Positions 28,221-42,143 are shown, numbered from the stretch's first letter. The stretch is DNA of 64,000 nt from Octopus vulgaris (GCA_951406725.2 OX597817.1:133176001-133240000), one strand, 5' to 3'. Program-made: numbers and translations. Notes: a model not told the origin generated them from the letters alone.

Positions 28221-28928
28221 AATAATGATGATGATTATGATGATGATGATGGCATTTAAATAATTTATCTATTACCCTTGTTTATAAGTTGTATATATAT
28301 ATATAAAACTGAGAATGTGTGTCTGTCTGTTTGTCTGTGAGAATCGCTAAAACCAATTTCATTCAAATTTTATACATGCCTTACTTAGGGTCCAGGGACT
28401 GTCATGGGCAAAACAATTTCTAACTTCTTGCCTAGGGCGAGCCCACAGCAATATCATATCTTCCCCACTATTTCAGTATTACGTGGTAAAAGTGAAACAA
28501 AAACATCTCCCTATTGTAATGTCAGATACTTTCACTTTAATACTGAAACTATTGAAGTCAAACTATTATATAAGAGTGATGAACCATTAACAGTGGTCAT
28601 CCATTTTGCTAGAAGAAGATTCGCTATGGTCTTATATGTTTTTCAATTCATATTAATCAAATTAATATTCAATTTCTCGCGCTTATTATTTTAAATTTAA
28701 ATTTAAACCCAGTACCATGTTTTGGAACGAAGTTTGTTACCACACAACCACACCTGCACCTATGTATGTGTGTGTATGTGTGTATAGCTGTATATGTATA
28801 CATTTATTTCTATACGTATAGATGTATATGTATACATGTATATGCATAGATGTATATATATATAGATGTACATGTAATATGTACACATATATATTCACAT
28901 ATATACATGCATACATGTATACACCTAT

Positions 28929-28959
<31 letters not shown>

Positions 28960-28964
28960 TACAT

Positions 28965-30003
<1,039 letters not shown>

Positions 30004-30042
30004 ATACATACACACACACAAGGACGCACACACACGCGCGCA

Positions 30043-30103
<61 letters not shown>

Positions 30104-30724
30104 ATATGTGTACATTCATATTTATTATATCAAAGACAATGTCTTTATGTGTTCGTGTATTACTTATACATTCGAAGACTGCTGCACCGATCATAATGAA
30201 ATTTGGAACACAAAATCAAAGCCCAGGGAGAAGGGTAATGCTGTGTGTTTCATACAATTTCATGGACCAAAATTTCTGAATGGATCCTTATGATATTTGA
30301 AACTTAGATTCAATGCATAAGGGCGGGTATAATGCAATATGTTTGGTTTGAATTGCGGGTGGCTTAAAGGGGGCAGAAACCCCTATGAAAATTCATAAAT
30401 TTTTGATGTTGATGAAATTTCAACCATGGGTAATTGACACACATCAAGAAGTATTCTCAAAGTTTCCACTTCACATTCTAAGACACCTTAATGGGGGCCT
30501 TAACTCCCAAATTTCAGTCATTTCTTTTATGATCCAAAACTAACTCAAAAGTACTGAATGGATCTTTACGAAATTTGGAAATTATATTCTATGCATAAGG
30601 GCCACAACCCCCATGACGATTCATATATTTTTGCTGCTGATGAAATTTTAACCATAGATATCAGATACAAATGAAGTAATTTTTATAAAAATTTCATTTT
30701 CTTACAAGTTATAAAAACACCTCC

Positions 30725-31567
30725 ATGGGGACTTACCCACAATTTTGTCATTTTATCCTTAGAGTAAGGAACTTACCAAAAATGTTTTTTAGAATTCTGA
30801 AGAACTTCCCAAGGAATCATAAGTACTATAGTATTTGCAACAAGTCAACGATCAAGTTCTCTTACTCTGTAATGCCGAACTTTGCTTCGATTATTGCATC
30901 AATCAATAGAAGCAAGTTTGCTGGGCGGGATAGCTGGAAAAGTTCCTTTGAGGATGACCAAGGACCTGCGAATAATAATTCTGTAACGCCTAATGTCAAT
31001 TGTACAAACAGTCTGCCTTTACCAGATTTATCGAACCTAAGTAATAAGGGCAGATTTGATGGAATGAAAAGGGGAAACCTGTCTAGAACTGATTATACAA
31101 AAAGTAAAGATAACAATAGAAATAAAACTAGGAAAGGCCCCGGGAAGAAATGTAATTGTAGGAACCCCGAAATATGTCCTTTAGATTGTTCCTGTCTAGT
31201 TACTAACGTCATATATAAATGTGTAGTCAAGGACGAGGATAAGTTAAATAAATTTTATATAGGTAGCACGGTAGATTTTAAGGCTAGATATAGATCGCAT
31301 ATGAGCTCATTTTCTAACGATAAATATTGTAATTCAACAACACTTGCATCCCATATACATAATTTGAAGAATAATAAGAATTATTATCTAGAATGGTCCA
31401 TTGTCTCAAAAACTCCAAATTTCAAAGGAAATATTAGCAAATGTAAGCCGTGCATAAGGGAATCCCTTACCATCCTTAGGTGTTATGGACCACACACTCT
31501 GAATAAATTTACTGACGTGATTTCTTTTTGCATCCATAAATTTTCATCAACATTCTTAAAAGTGTAA
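30725..31567 (+). CDS. Penelope-like C-terminal ORF fragment (RT thumb, Cys linker, GIY-YIG endonuclease); first codons probably come from the adjacent repeat
   Basis: FPRNHKYYSICNKSTIKFSYSVMPN, KCNCRNPEICPLDCSCLVTNVIYKCVV, FYIGSTVDFKARYRSH, STTLASHI, LEWSIV, CKPCIRE. Confidence 0.85.
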   Translation: MGTYPQFCHFILRVRNLPKMFFRILKNFPRNHKYYSICNKSTIKFSYSVMPNFASIIASINRSKFAGRDSWKSSFEDDQGPANNNSVTPNVNCTNSLPLPDLSNLSNKGRFDGMKRGNLSRTDYTKSKDNNRNKTRKGPGKKCNCRNPEICPLDCSCLVTNVIYKCVVKDEDKLNKFYIGSTVDFKARYRSHMSSFSNDKYCNSTTLASHIHNLKNNKNYYLEWSIVSKTPNFKGNISKCKPCIRESLTILRCYGPHTLNKFTDVISFCIHKFSSTFLKV

Positions 31568-32340
31568 GTTGTAGCAAGTAAATAATTTAGCTCTTACAGG
31601 GAATTGAAACCATCGAGGTTGAATTTAATTTAATACACCCATTTATATCGTTGCCTTTTAAAGGTTTGTTTTTTTTAACTGTTTTAATTCTGTATTTTTT
31701 TATTAAATTTCGATTATTTGGGCTGGTCTAAGCATGACTTCTTAAGTAAGAAACCACGCAATATTGTGTTAGGTTCGGTTAAGGAGGTCTCGCCCTGGTA
31801 CGTGATGTCTGTTTCTTTATTTTTCCCCTGACGAAGGAGTAATTATCGTGATGCACCCTCGTGCATTAAATACGGTGATGTACCCCTGAAATGGCCATAG
31901 GGAATGTAAATATGGTTTCTTCTTTTTTGCTTGGACACTGGCTTTTAACTATAGGTTTCCCTTATCTGAAAAGTAATTTTTAATCGGAAAAAAATTCTAA
32001 ACGATGAACTTTTATCTTACCTTATATATTATATATTACTTATTTATATGCTTCCTACATATATGTATTTTTATATATTTTTATATATCTATATATATTT
32101 ATATATTTCTTTATATTTTTATGTATTTATTATTCTAGATGTTGTAATGTTAAAAAGAATATATATTTTTTAGTCGCTAAAGTATTAATCATTAACTTTT
32201 AACCGCGATGAACTGTATTCACACGTTTTTCTTATATTCTTCGTATATGCTTGTATTCATGAGTTGTGTTTCATCTTCCGTGATTTTATGCATGTATATT
32301 CTATGTGAAAGAAAAAGCATTATGTGATTAAATGTTCGAG
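30765..32340 (+). mobile_element. Penelope-like element 3' part (GIY-YIG end plus T-rich pseudo-LTR with hammerhead)
   Basis: ORF motifs, followed by a hammerhead at 31823-31904 and an AT-rich tail. Confidence 0.85.
31823..31904 (+). ncRNA. Type I hammerhead ribozyme with extended helix II
   Basis: UUCCC-CUGACGA-AGGAGUA...UACCCCU-GAAA-UGGCCA-UA-GGGAA; 5-bp helix I, palindromic helix III, predicted cleavage after 31899. Confidence 0.8.
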
Positions 32341-32479
32341 ATATGAAATGTTACGTGGATGACCTTATATTTGTTTGTTCTGCAACCATAGTTTAATGTA
32401 TATATATATATATGCGTGTGTATGTGTGTGCGTATATGTGTGTGTATGTATGCATCACAGTATCGATTAGACCATCAGA

Positions 32480-32830
32480 TACTGTTATACACCACTGGTC
32501 ACAAACGCTTCCAATTCTGACTTGATTGCGACATTCTTTTCAATCTCCATCTAAATTGCTTGACTGAATCGTCTTCCCAACGTCGTGGAGTCCTTCCAGG
32601 TGGCCTTTTCCGACCTCTTGGATATCACTCAGTAACTGCACTGGTCCAGCCGGTGTCTGTGAACCTCGCGACGTGTCCGGCCAAATGGAACTTGTGCTGT
32701 TGGTGCTCGGCGATTCCATATTTCCCTCCGCTTCGCTCTCGAATCATTGCATTTCGATGATGCTCTCGTAATGATATAATAATAGCTAATATAAATATTG
32801 CTTGGATTGGCTGGTCGATTTCTCCAGTCA
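32480..32830 (-). mobile_element. Degenerate RTE-clade LINE 3' fragment
   Basis: RNAMIRERSG...FHLAGHVARFTDTGWTSAVTE*YPRGRKRPPGRTPRRWEDD. Confidence 0.8.
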
Positions 32831-33191
32831 CACTTTACATAGTATAGGAATATGGAGAGGGGTAGAGAGAGTGAGAGAGGGGGAGAGAGGGAGACCAGAA
32901 GAGAGACAGAGTGGGAGTTATCATGAGGATACAGGATGAGTGCATATGCTAGGCTTTGTGATCAGCAATGAGTAAAGGAACGCTACGCGCATGTATACAG
33001 TGAGAGAGAAAGAACTATGGAGACAGGAATAAGACAGGCGAAGAGAAGAAAGAGGGAGCAAATGAAAGAGTAATTATTAAAGGGAATGATTGTTTCCTTT
33101 GATTATATTTTAAGGCATTTTTTTCTGAATATCATTATTCATTTTATCATTATGTACTAGAATCGAAACAAATTTGATTAAAGTTATATTA

Positions 33192-33225
33192 GCGCAGGCG
33201 TGGCTATGTGGTGAGTAGCTTGCTT
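33192..33225 (+). mobile_element. SINE family A 5' head (box A), split from its body by an insertion
   Basis: gcgcaggcgtggctatgtggtgagtagcttgctt; continues at 35272. Confidence 0.85.
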
Positions 33226-35271
33226 TCCGCACATGCGCGTTGGTGTTGCTTATTACAGTGAACCGAGGCGGACGTGAGTGTGTTGGCTCCGTCTAATATT
33301 GAACTGAAAGAAAAAAGAACAACGACAGCATAAGCTCGTCGAGGTAGGTGGTTTTGTTTTCGTTTGAGCTGGGTGTAATTTGTCAAATAGTAGTTGTTTG
33401 TTTGTTGATAAATTTCACCCAGCTCCGAGGCAATTCAGCCTGCTGCCAGCGGCTGCTGTTTGTTGTTTTATTGGGAAAAAAGGGGGCGTATCCTCTCCCG
33501 AACTTACTGGATTTTGCCATTGAAACTTGTTGGATTACCATTGAACCTACGAAGTTGGCCAGGAGTACCGGTTGGCCATTGATATTTGCTGTGTGAACTG
33601 TTTTTCTTTTCTCTATCCTTCTGTGTTTTGCTTTCTTTTTGGAGCTGTTTTTGGGTTTCTTTTGAATTTTATTTTTATTCATTTTTTGAAGTGAATTGTT
33701 TATTTCTTTTTGGACTTGTTAATTTATTTGGACTTTTCTTCTTCTTTTGAATTGATTTTTAACATAGTAAATGCAAAAAATGCCATAGAATGGAAGGTGG
33801 TCCCACCTAAGCAATGGATTGAAAGCCTTGAGAGAAAGACGGTGGTACTACGGACCTATTGTAGGTCGCGTGACGCCATCGCCTTCTTCGATAAGGGTAT
33901 TATTAATAAAGAGCTGGCAAAATGTTTGCCAGCCAAAAATTATTACGTAACCAGGGGTGTCAAATACGCCACGGTGTGGCTGCTTTTCGACACTCCTGAG
34001 GAGGCTTGCACTGTGGCAGGCCAGCCCCTAGAAAGGGAGTAGGTTTTGTTTCTTCCCACATATCGTAGGAAGAAGGTGATAAGGGCCTGGGTATGTGGTT
34101 TTCCCCCGGGCATCGAAGCAGGGTGGATTGCAGATGCCATCCGACGGGGCCTGGGAGATAGCGGGCTCAAGCTTTTAGATATAGAGATAAAGCCTGCGGT
34201 CGACTGGGAGGGTGCAAAAGCAACTTTGACCCGATGGACTCCAGTGCCCGCGGGTGAAATGGCTTTCCCGGACTTTTTTTAAATGGATGGCTCAAGGTAT
34301 CCAGTGATACTTGAGGGTCGCCCCCCCCCAAGTGTCACTCGTGCCTGGGGTCAGGCCACATGAAGGAGGACTGCCCCCGGGGCCGTGGTAAGGTCCCGGG
34401 GCAGGGAAAGGTCCTCCGCTCTCCCATTGCAGGGAGAAACGGCGAAAGTCGTTGAGGCATCGGCCTCAACGAGAAGGAAAAGAAAGGTGAGCAACAATGG
34501 TTGCTCACCAACAGACGCGCAGGTTGTGAGAGAGGAGGAGGACCCCCCCCCCCCGGGTGTTCCGGTGGAGGCTCCGACTCCCGCACCCGTAAAAGGAAAA
34601 AGAGAAGGAAGAGAAACGAGAGATGGTCGACGGATATCACTGTGCCACTGACTGAACCCGATGCTCCTCCGATGGAAGGTGTGCAACAGGAGCGAGAGGC
34701 TCTGCCAGTGTGAATTGTGCCACTGACAGAGCGGGCTGAGACCCCCCCCCGTGAGGAGGACGTGAAACCCGTCGTTTTCTATCTCAGGGAAGGGCCTGTC
34801 GAGAAGTGCTTGGACGGTCTTCCAGGCCGAGAACGATTGGACTCGGTTTGTATAGACTGTCCAGACTGGCCTCCGCAGGTGGCTGCGGACGTCGTGAGTC
34901 AGAAGGAACTGTTCGAGGTCATGGTCACCTGCAATAAGGAAGATTTTGCTTTCCTCTTTCCGGGCCCCGACCTGCCGATGCAGGCTTTCCTGCAGGTGGT
35001 GCGTAATTTGCTTGGGGGCTCCGATGAGGATTGATCTTATAGATTGTGTGTATATTGAATAATTTATTATATATATTTGTAATGGACTATTAAGTCCAAT
35101 AATTGTCGTTTTTGATGAAAAAAAAGAAAAATGTTTTAGAGAAGCAGAAAATCGGCGGGCGTTTTCTGCCTTCTCTCGTCAATATCATCCTTGTTTCATC
35201 ATTCACCTCATCAATGTATATGTCCAGCCCGCAAGCTACTCTTTGTAATGCCTTTATGGCAAATCTTAATG
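33226..35271 (+). mobile_element. ORF1-only non-LTR-type element, copy 1, inserted in a SINE head
   Basis: ~530-bp 5' leader, disrupted gag-like ORF, short 3' UTR ending tgtccagcccgcaagcta...ttaatgaa; homologous along its length to 54345-56279; no RT or EN motifs seen. Confidence 0.8.
33760..35034 (+). pseudogene. Gag-like (Tx1/L1-type ORF1) zinc-knuckle protein, disrupted
   Basis: EWKVVPPKQW, KTVVLRTY, VKYATVWLLFD, RAWVCGFPPG, PAVDWEG, RYPVILEGRPP, CHSCLGSGHMKEDC (CX2CX4HX4C), C-terminal DWPPQVAADV; stops and homopolymer frameshifts. Confidence 0.8.
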
Positions 35272-35393
35272 AACCACATGGTTTCGGGTTCAATCCCACA
35301 GGGTGGCACCTTCGGCAAGTGTCTTCTGCTATAGCCACGGGCTGACCAAAGCCTTCTAAGTGGAGTTAGTAGACGGAAACTGAAAGAAGCCCG

Positions 35394-35460
<67 letters not shown>

Positions 35461-35632
35461 CATATACATATGTGTGTGTGTGCGTGCATGCGCGCGTGTG
35501 TGTTTATGTCCCCGTAACTTAGCGGTTCGGTAAAAAGAGAACGATAGAATAAGTACTAGGCTTGCAAAGAATAAATCCTGGGATCGATTTTTTCGACTAA
35601 AAGCGGTGCTCCAGCATGGCCACTGAAACAAG
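35272..35632 (+). mobile_element. SINE family A body (box B onward), continuation of 33192-33225
   Basis: aaccacatggtttcgggttcaatcccac...ccccgtaacttagcggttcgg...gcggtgctccagcatggcc. Confidence 0.85.
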
Positions 35633-36079
35633 AAAAAGAAGAAAACAATAAAAAAAGATTATAAAATTTTAATTATCAGATGTAAATAAAAAGTTTCCTG
35701 ATATTAGTCCCAGTGGCAAATTTTTACTTCTAAAGTTAGTCGCCATTATAAGCAAATATTCAATGGGTGCTTTAAATATTTGAACGAGGCTCCGTGTAAA
35801 AGAAAAAAGTAACTTAGCGGTTCAGTAAATAGATATCGATGAAATATGTAGGTAAACTTTAGTACTTATAAATTCAAAGGGCGATATGATCGACTAAATA
35901 TTTGACCACGGTGCTCCAGCTTGGCCGCAGACCAATGACTGGAAGTAGTAAAAGACTGAAAGTACAACAGAAATAGCAATATCGAACAACAACAAAATAT
36001 CAGAAAACAATAATAATAAACAACAACAGCAACAACTGCTTAGTGTAACAATATAAAAAAAAAGGAAATATCACAAACA

Positions 36080-36610
<531 letters not shown>

Positions 36611-36675
36611 CAGTCAAAATGACTGCAACTAAAAAGAAATAATAGCACATTTTGCAATAGCAACAACAATAATCA

Positions 36676-37105
36676 TAGGCGAAGGCATGGCTGTGTGGTA
36701 AGAAGCTTGTTTCCCAACCATATTGTTCCGGGTTCAGTCCCACTGCGTGGGACTTTGGGCAATTGTTTTCTAATATAGCTTCGAGCCGACCAAAATCTTG
36801 AGAGTGAATTTGTCAGACGGAAACTGAAAGAAGCCCATCATATATGCGTGGCGGGGGGGCGTGAAGTTGTGCGTATGTGTGTCTATGTTTGAGTTTTTGC
36901 ATCTGTGTTTGTCTCCACCACCTCTTCACAACCGGTGTTGGCGTGTTTATGTCTCCATAACTTAACGATTCGGCGCAGAAAACTACTAGAAATAAACATC
37001 AGGCTTTAAAAATAAAAGTTAGGGATGTAAATCGATTGGTTTGAGTAAAATTGCTGAAAGTGGTGCCCCAGCATGGCCGCATCCTGGTGATCGAACCAAG
37101 TAAAA
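36676..37105 (+). mobile_element. SINE family A
   Basis: ggcgaaggcatggctgtgtggtaagaagc...gtggtgccccagcatggccgca. Confidence 0.8.
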
Positions 37106-37494
37106 GAATCATAACAACAGTAACAGCACGAAAACAAGAGCAATGATAAGATCAGAAATAGTAACAACATGAATAAATACTTCAAAAATGAAACAGTGTT
37201 GGTCATTAGACCACCTCTACCACCAATGACAACAACAACACCAAAGCAAAACTTAGAACAACAACAGCAAGATGAACGTGACTGGCTGCTTGTAAATCTG
37301 TGATAATCAGTATTAGAAGACAACCGCCTACCTCCTCCTCCTCCTCTTCCTTCTCCAATCATTCTTCCCACATATTGATATACGATAATGAATCACTGCT
37401 GCGTAATTCACTTCACGTGGTTTATATATAAATTAGCCGGTAGGTGGGGGTGTTGAAGTTCTGTGGCTTAACTCATTATTATTAGGAGATGGCA

Positions 37495-37710
37495 AAGGTG
37501 GCGAGCTGGTAGAATCGGCAACTCGACAGGCAAAACACTTAACTGCATTTCGTCCGCCTTTACGATAAGAGTTCAAATTCCCCCGAGGTTGACTTTGCCT
37601 TTCACTCTTTCAGGGTCGATAAAATAAGTACCAGTAGGTTACTGGAATCAACGTATCGACTTCCACACTTCCCAGAAATTGCTGGCCTTTTGCCAAAATT
37701 TGGGACCATT
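37495..37710 (+). mobile_element. SINE family B
   Basis: ggtggcgagctggtagaatcg...gagttcaaattcccccgaggttgactttgcc. Confidence 0.8.
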
Positions 37711-37913
37711 ATTAGAAGTTGGCCAGGCGGTAAAGTTGGCAGAAGCGAAAAGCTACAGAAATATTTTGGCAAATTGAATTTAAATGTTGAAGTGAATCTA
37801 ACGGTGTTATGTGTGCTTCTTAAATGGCTTATAAACACCTTCCACGCTGCAATTTTTTTTCGTTCCAGCACAGGATCTCAGATCAAGTCACTCGCTATGC
37901 AAGTACATCTCAG

Positions 37914-37999
<86 letters not shown>

Positions 38000-38016
38000 T
38001 AAATATATATATACAC

Positions 38017-38055
<39 letters not shown>

Positions 38056-38066
38056 TATATATACAC

Positions 38067-38137
<71 letters not shown>

Positions 38138-38304
38138 GTATATATACATATATATATATAAATATATATATATACGTATATATATATAAATATATGTATG
38201 TATGTATATACATATATTTATATATATATATATATGTATGTATATACGTGTACATATATTCATATATATATATGTGTGTGCGTGTGTGTGTATATATATA
38301 TGTG

Positions 38305-38760
38305 TGTGTGTCTTTGTGTCTGTGTTTACCCTCTCCCCATCACCGCTTGAAAACCGGTGTTGATGTATTTATGTCCCCGTAACTTAGCGGTTCGACAAAA
38401 GAGACGGCTAGAATAAGTACTAGGCTTAAAAGAAGTCCTGAGGTCGATTTGTTCGACTAAACATTCGAGCTGGCGCTCCAGCATTGCTGCAGTCGAATGA
38501 GTGAATCAAGTAAGAGAGTAAAAGATATTTTTATCGTTGCTTTATTTTATCAATTTACTTGTTTCAGTCATTAGACTGCGGCCATGCTGGGGCACAGTCT
38601 TGATGACCTTTAGCCGAACATATCCACCTCCAGACTTGTTTTTTAAAGCCTAGTACTTATTCTATCGGTCTCTTTTGCGTGCCGCTAGAATATGGGGACG
38701 TAAACATACCAACACCGGTTGTCAAGCGGTGGTGGGGGACAAACACAGACATAAAGACAT
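38305..38760. mobile_element. Two SINE family A 3' halves, tail to tail
   Basis: Plus copy ~38305-38520 and minus copy ~38555-38760. Confidence 0.7.
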
Positions 38761-38929
38761 GCATGCATGAATAAATGTCAAACAGTGCTGCAGCTTTAGA
38801 CGAAAGAGGAAATCGTAAAAACCAAAGCCATCCGCATGAGAAGAAGACTATTGCAAGGCGACTCTTTCTCTCCGTTGCGTTTTGCCTTGCCCTGATGCTT
38901 TTAATTGATGTTCTAAACAGAAATGGATC

Positions 38930-40735
38930 TTGATACAACTGCTACGGTAACACAGTTAACCATCTCTTGTATATGAATGATCTGAAACTCTATGCTCCAA
39001 ATGATAAACAACTGCGAACATTATTACAGACACTGCATGGATTTACCAAAGAAAAAATATGAAATTTGGCTTTGGAAAAAGTGCGAAATCAACATTGAAA
39101 AGAAGAAAACTAGTTAAGAGTAATAATACAACACTAGATAAATAAAATGAAAGACGAAAATTAGACCAAACCCAAACGCTTAGGAATCAATGAACTAGAT
39201 ACGGACCAGCGCACACAAATGAAAGAGAAGATAAAGAAGGAATATTATAGACAAGTTAGATAAATATTTGAAACAGAGCTGAATGCGAAAAGCAAAATAA
39301 TACTTTAGTTCTCTCAGCTATAAGTTAGTTTCAATATTCTTAATTGGGCACAGAATGAACTAACCAAACTAGACAGAAAAATAATGGCGGCATTTAGAAT
39401 ACACTACCCAAAATGTGATATAGAAAAGTTATGCATACAACGAATTGAAAGTGGTAGAGGCCTTATGCAACTAGAACATTACTATGAAGTAAACACCACG
39501 GGATTACATAGCTGAGAACCAGGGAAAACTGGTATAAATGGCCATAAAACAAGGGGACTTTTCTTCCTGTTTTTAAAGAAGCCGAAAAATACGAGAAAGA
39601 GGTCATAGAACCTTATAATTGTGAAGCAAAAGAGCAAACAACAAAAGCTGTAAAGCAAATGAAGTCTAAGCTAAAACTGAAACAGCAAAATTCCAGGAGA
39701 GAATGAAGGCAAGAAAAGCCCCTATATGGCAAATGTTGGGATAAACTAAATCGAAAAGAAACAAAGTTAAATTCAGACAATGGTAGAGAAGTTCAGCACT
39801 CGAAGAAGAAACTGAAGGATTTTTGACTGTGGAACAAGATCAAACCCTTCCCACCAGAAACACATGTTGAAGAAAAGTACAGCAAGCAACTGCAGAATAT
39901 GCGGTGATAGGAAAGAAACAATAAATCATATTGTCTCTGGTTGCTTGGTCCTTGCTAACAAAGAATATATTCACGGATGGGACATATAAACACTGACAGC
40001 TATACCAATACTCTTGAATAACAACAGAAAAAAGATGGTATGGGCATATCCCAGAAAAGGTCTCAGAAAATGACAAAGCAACCCCATTCAGGAATATGCC
40101 AATCGTGGCACTCCGTCGGTTACGACGACGAGGATTCCAGTTGATCCAATCAATGGAACAGTCATCACCCACTGCCAGAGCCTCGGGGAGCTTTGGGGTT
40201 TTTCACTCAATAAACACTCGCAACGCCCGGTCTGGGAATCGAAACCGCGATCTTACGACTGCGATTCCGCTACCCTAACCATTGCGCCTCCATAATATGC
40301 CAATACACGGATAGAGAGATCAAGCTTAATAGACTAGATATAGTAGTCAGAGATTAAGAAAAAATTGCTTCCTAATCAACATTCCAACAGATGGTAATAT
40401 ATATCTAAAAGAAAGGAGACACTCTCAAAATACAAAATTCTGGAAAAGGTGGTAACTCGAATGTGGAGTCTAAAACAGAAACAATCCCTATAAAAATAGG
40501 TGCATTAGGTATGATTTAAAAAGACACAGTGAAATACATAACCAAAAGACTAGGAATTACGAATATATATATAACGTAGAAAATAGCACTACTAGGCACC
40601 GCGCAGATCCTACATAAAGCACTTTCAATACAATGAAAATAACGATACCAAAACAAACCACAGCACATACCCAAGGCACACAGAGCTGTGCTTTGTAGTG
40701 CAGTGAAAGCACGGGATAGAAATAAAACTACGAAA
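38930..40735 (+). mobile_element. Degenerate R4/Dong-type LINE (RT, CCHC and restriction-like endonuclease remnants)
   Basis: VNHLLYMNDLKLYA, SGRGLMQLE, ETEGFLTVEQDQTLPTRN, CRICGDRKETINHIVSGC, RLDIVVRD, TIPIKIGALG, LGTAQILHKALS*; many stops. Confidence 0.85.
40104..40293 (-). mobile_element. SINE family C nested in the R4/Dong LINE with 11-bp TSD
   Basis: aatatgccaat at 40093-40103 and 40294-40304 flanks the insertion. Confidence 0.85.
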
Positions 40736-40744
40736 TAATAAGGG

Positions 40745-41827
40745 AACCCATTATCCACGTGCAGACACTGATTCGCCTATGCATGAAGAGAGCAAGTGGA
40801 GGAAGAGGTCTGATAAGTGTGGAAGACTACGTATGCTTAATGAGATATTTATCCCAAAGTAAGGAAACTTTGCTAGTGACAGTTAGGAACGAGGGGCCAT
40901 TGAAAGCAGAGAAGAAAATAAAGGCAAAGGAAGAAGTACAAAAAGGACGAAGAATTACGCAACAAGGGACTACATAATCTATTTAGCCACAACAGAAGTT
41001 GCTGGAAAAAATAGGTAGGATGGGCTGAAGAAAGGAACGCTAAAAAAACCCTAGAGCACTGTATTGGCAGTGCATGACTAAACTTTGGCTCCTCAAACTG
41101 GAGGGTCAACATTAGGAATGAGCAAGTGTCTCCGCTGTGCCGCAGCACAATAGAATGGACGAAAACAATGCCCATATCGCGAACGAATGACCTAGACTTA
41201 CCCAAAACTACTACAAGTTATGCTGACAGGATCAGGTAGCGAAAGTGCTACTTTGGAAACTGTGCAAAAAGTCGGAACTAGAGAGAGGTAAGATGTGGTA
41301 TGAGCACAAACCGCAGAGAGTGTCGGAGTCGTAGACTTACAAAATCTTCTGGGATTTCCCAATCCAAACAAATCAGGTGCTAGAGCATAACAGGCCGGAC
41401 CTAGTAGTGGTCGGCAAGATGCACCACATGTGCTATATCATTGATGTTGTGTGCCTCTTTGACCCACGAATAGTTAAGAATGCGAAAACTACATAAATAC
41501 AACCCTCTCAAGTATGAAATAGCGAGGATATGGAAAATGAAGACGGTGAAGATAGTGCCAATTATTGTTGGGCCTTTGGGGAGAGTATCAGAAGGCATCG
41601 AGAGGAATATAAATAAAATTGGAATAGAGTACAACTGTTAGCACGCCGGACAAAATGCTTAACAGAACTATTTTAAAAGGTTTGCCTCCTTCCTTGGCAC
41701 AGCCAGAATAATTAAGAGAGTATTAGACAGTTGAAAACAACCGATAGCATGGTACCGTGCACTGCAGGCAGCACGCCTGCTACGATGCATGACTCAAGGT
41801 GTTCTAACAAAACCTGAGATAAAGAGA

Positions 41828-41830
<3 letters not shown>
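40745..41830 (+). mobile_element. Second, distinct degenerate R4/Dong-type LINE 3' half with (TAA)n tail
   Basis: RLCMKRASGGRGLISVED, KIFWDFPIQTNQVLEHNRPDLVVV, KYNPLKYEIARIWKMKTVKIVPIIVGPLG; followed by (TAA)n at 41828-41873. Confidence 0.85.
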
Positions 41831-41874
<44 letters not shown>

Positions 41875-41876
<2 letters not shown>

Positions 41877-42084
41877 TATTCAGACAAATACATAACAAAA
41901 ATACCAGGACTTACAAACACATATAACATACAGAAAATTGCACTACTAGGCACTGCACACATCCTACGCAGAACACTTTCCATACAATAACCATCAGAGC
42001 ATCACAACAAATCACAGCACATACCCAAGGCACACAAAGCTGCGCTCGGTAGTGAAGTGAAAGCACGATATAAAAAATATACTA

Positions 42085-42088
<4 letters not shown>
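41875..42088 (+). mobile_element. Third R4/Dong 3' fragment (same family as 38930-40735), (TAA)n on both sides
   Basis: IQKIALLGTAHILRRTLSIQ* and 3' UTR cacagcacatacccaaggcacac shared with 40580-40735. Confidence 0.85.

Positions 42089-42143
<55 letters not shown>

Noticed and set aside
28290-28600. Helitron-like 5' signature (TATATATAAAA...GTCTGTCTGT)
   Set aside because: No 3' hairpin or CTAG terminus identified
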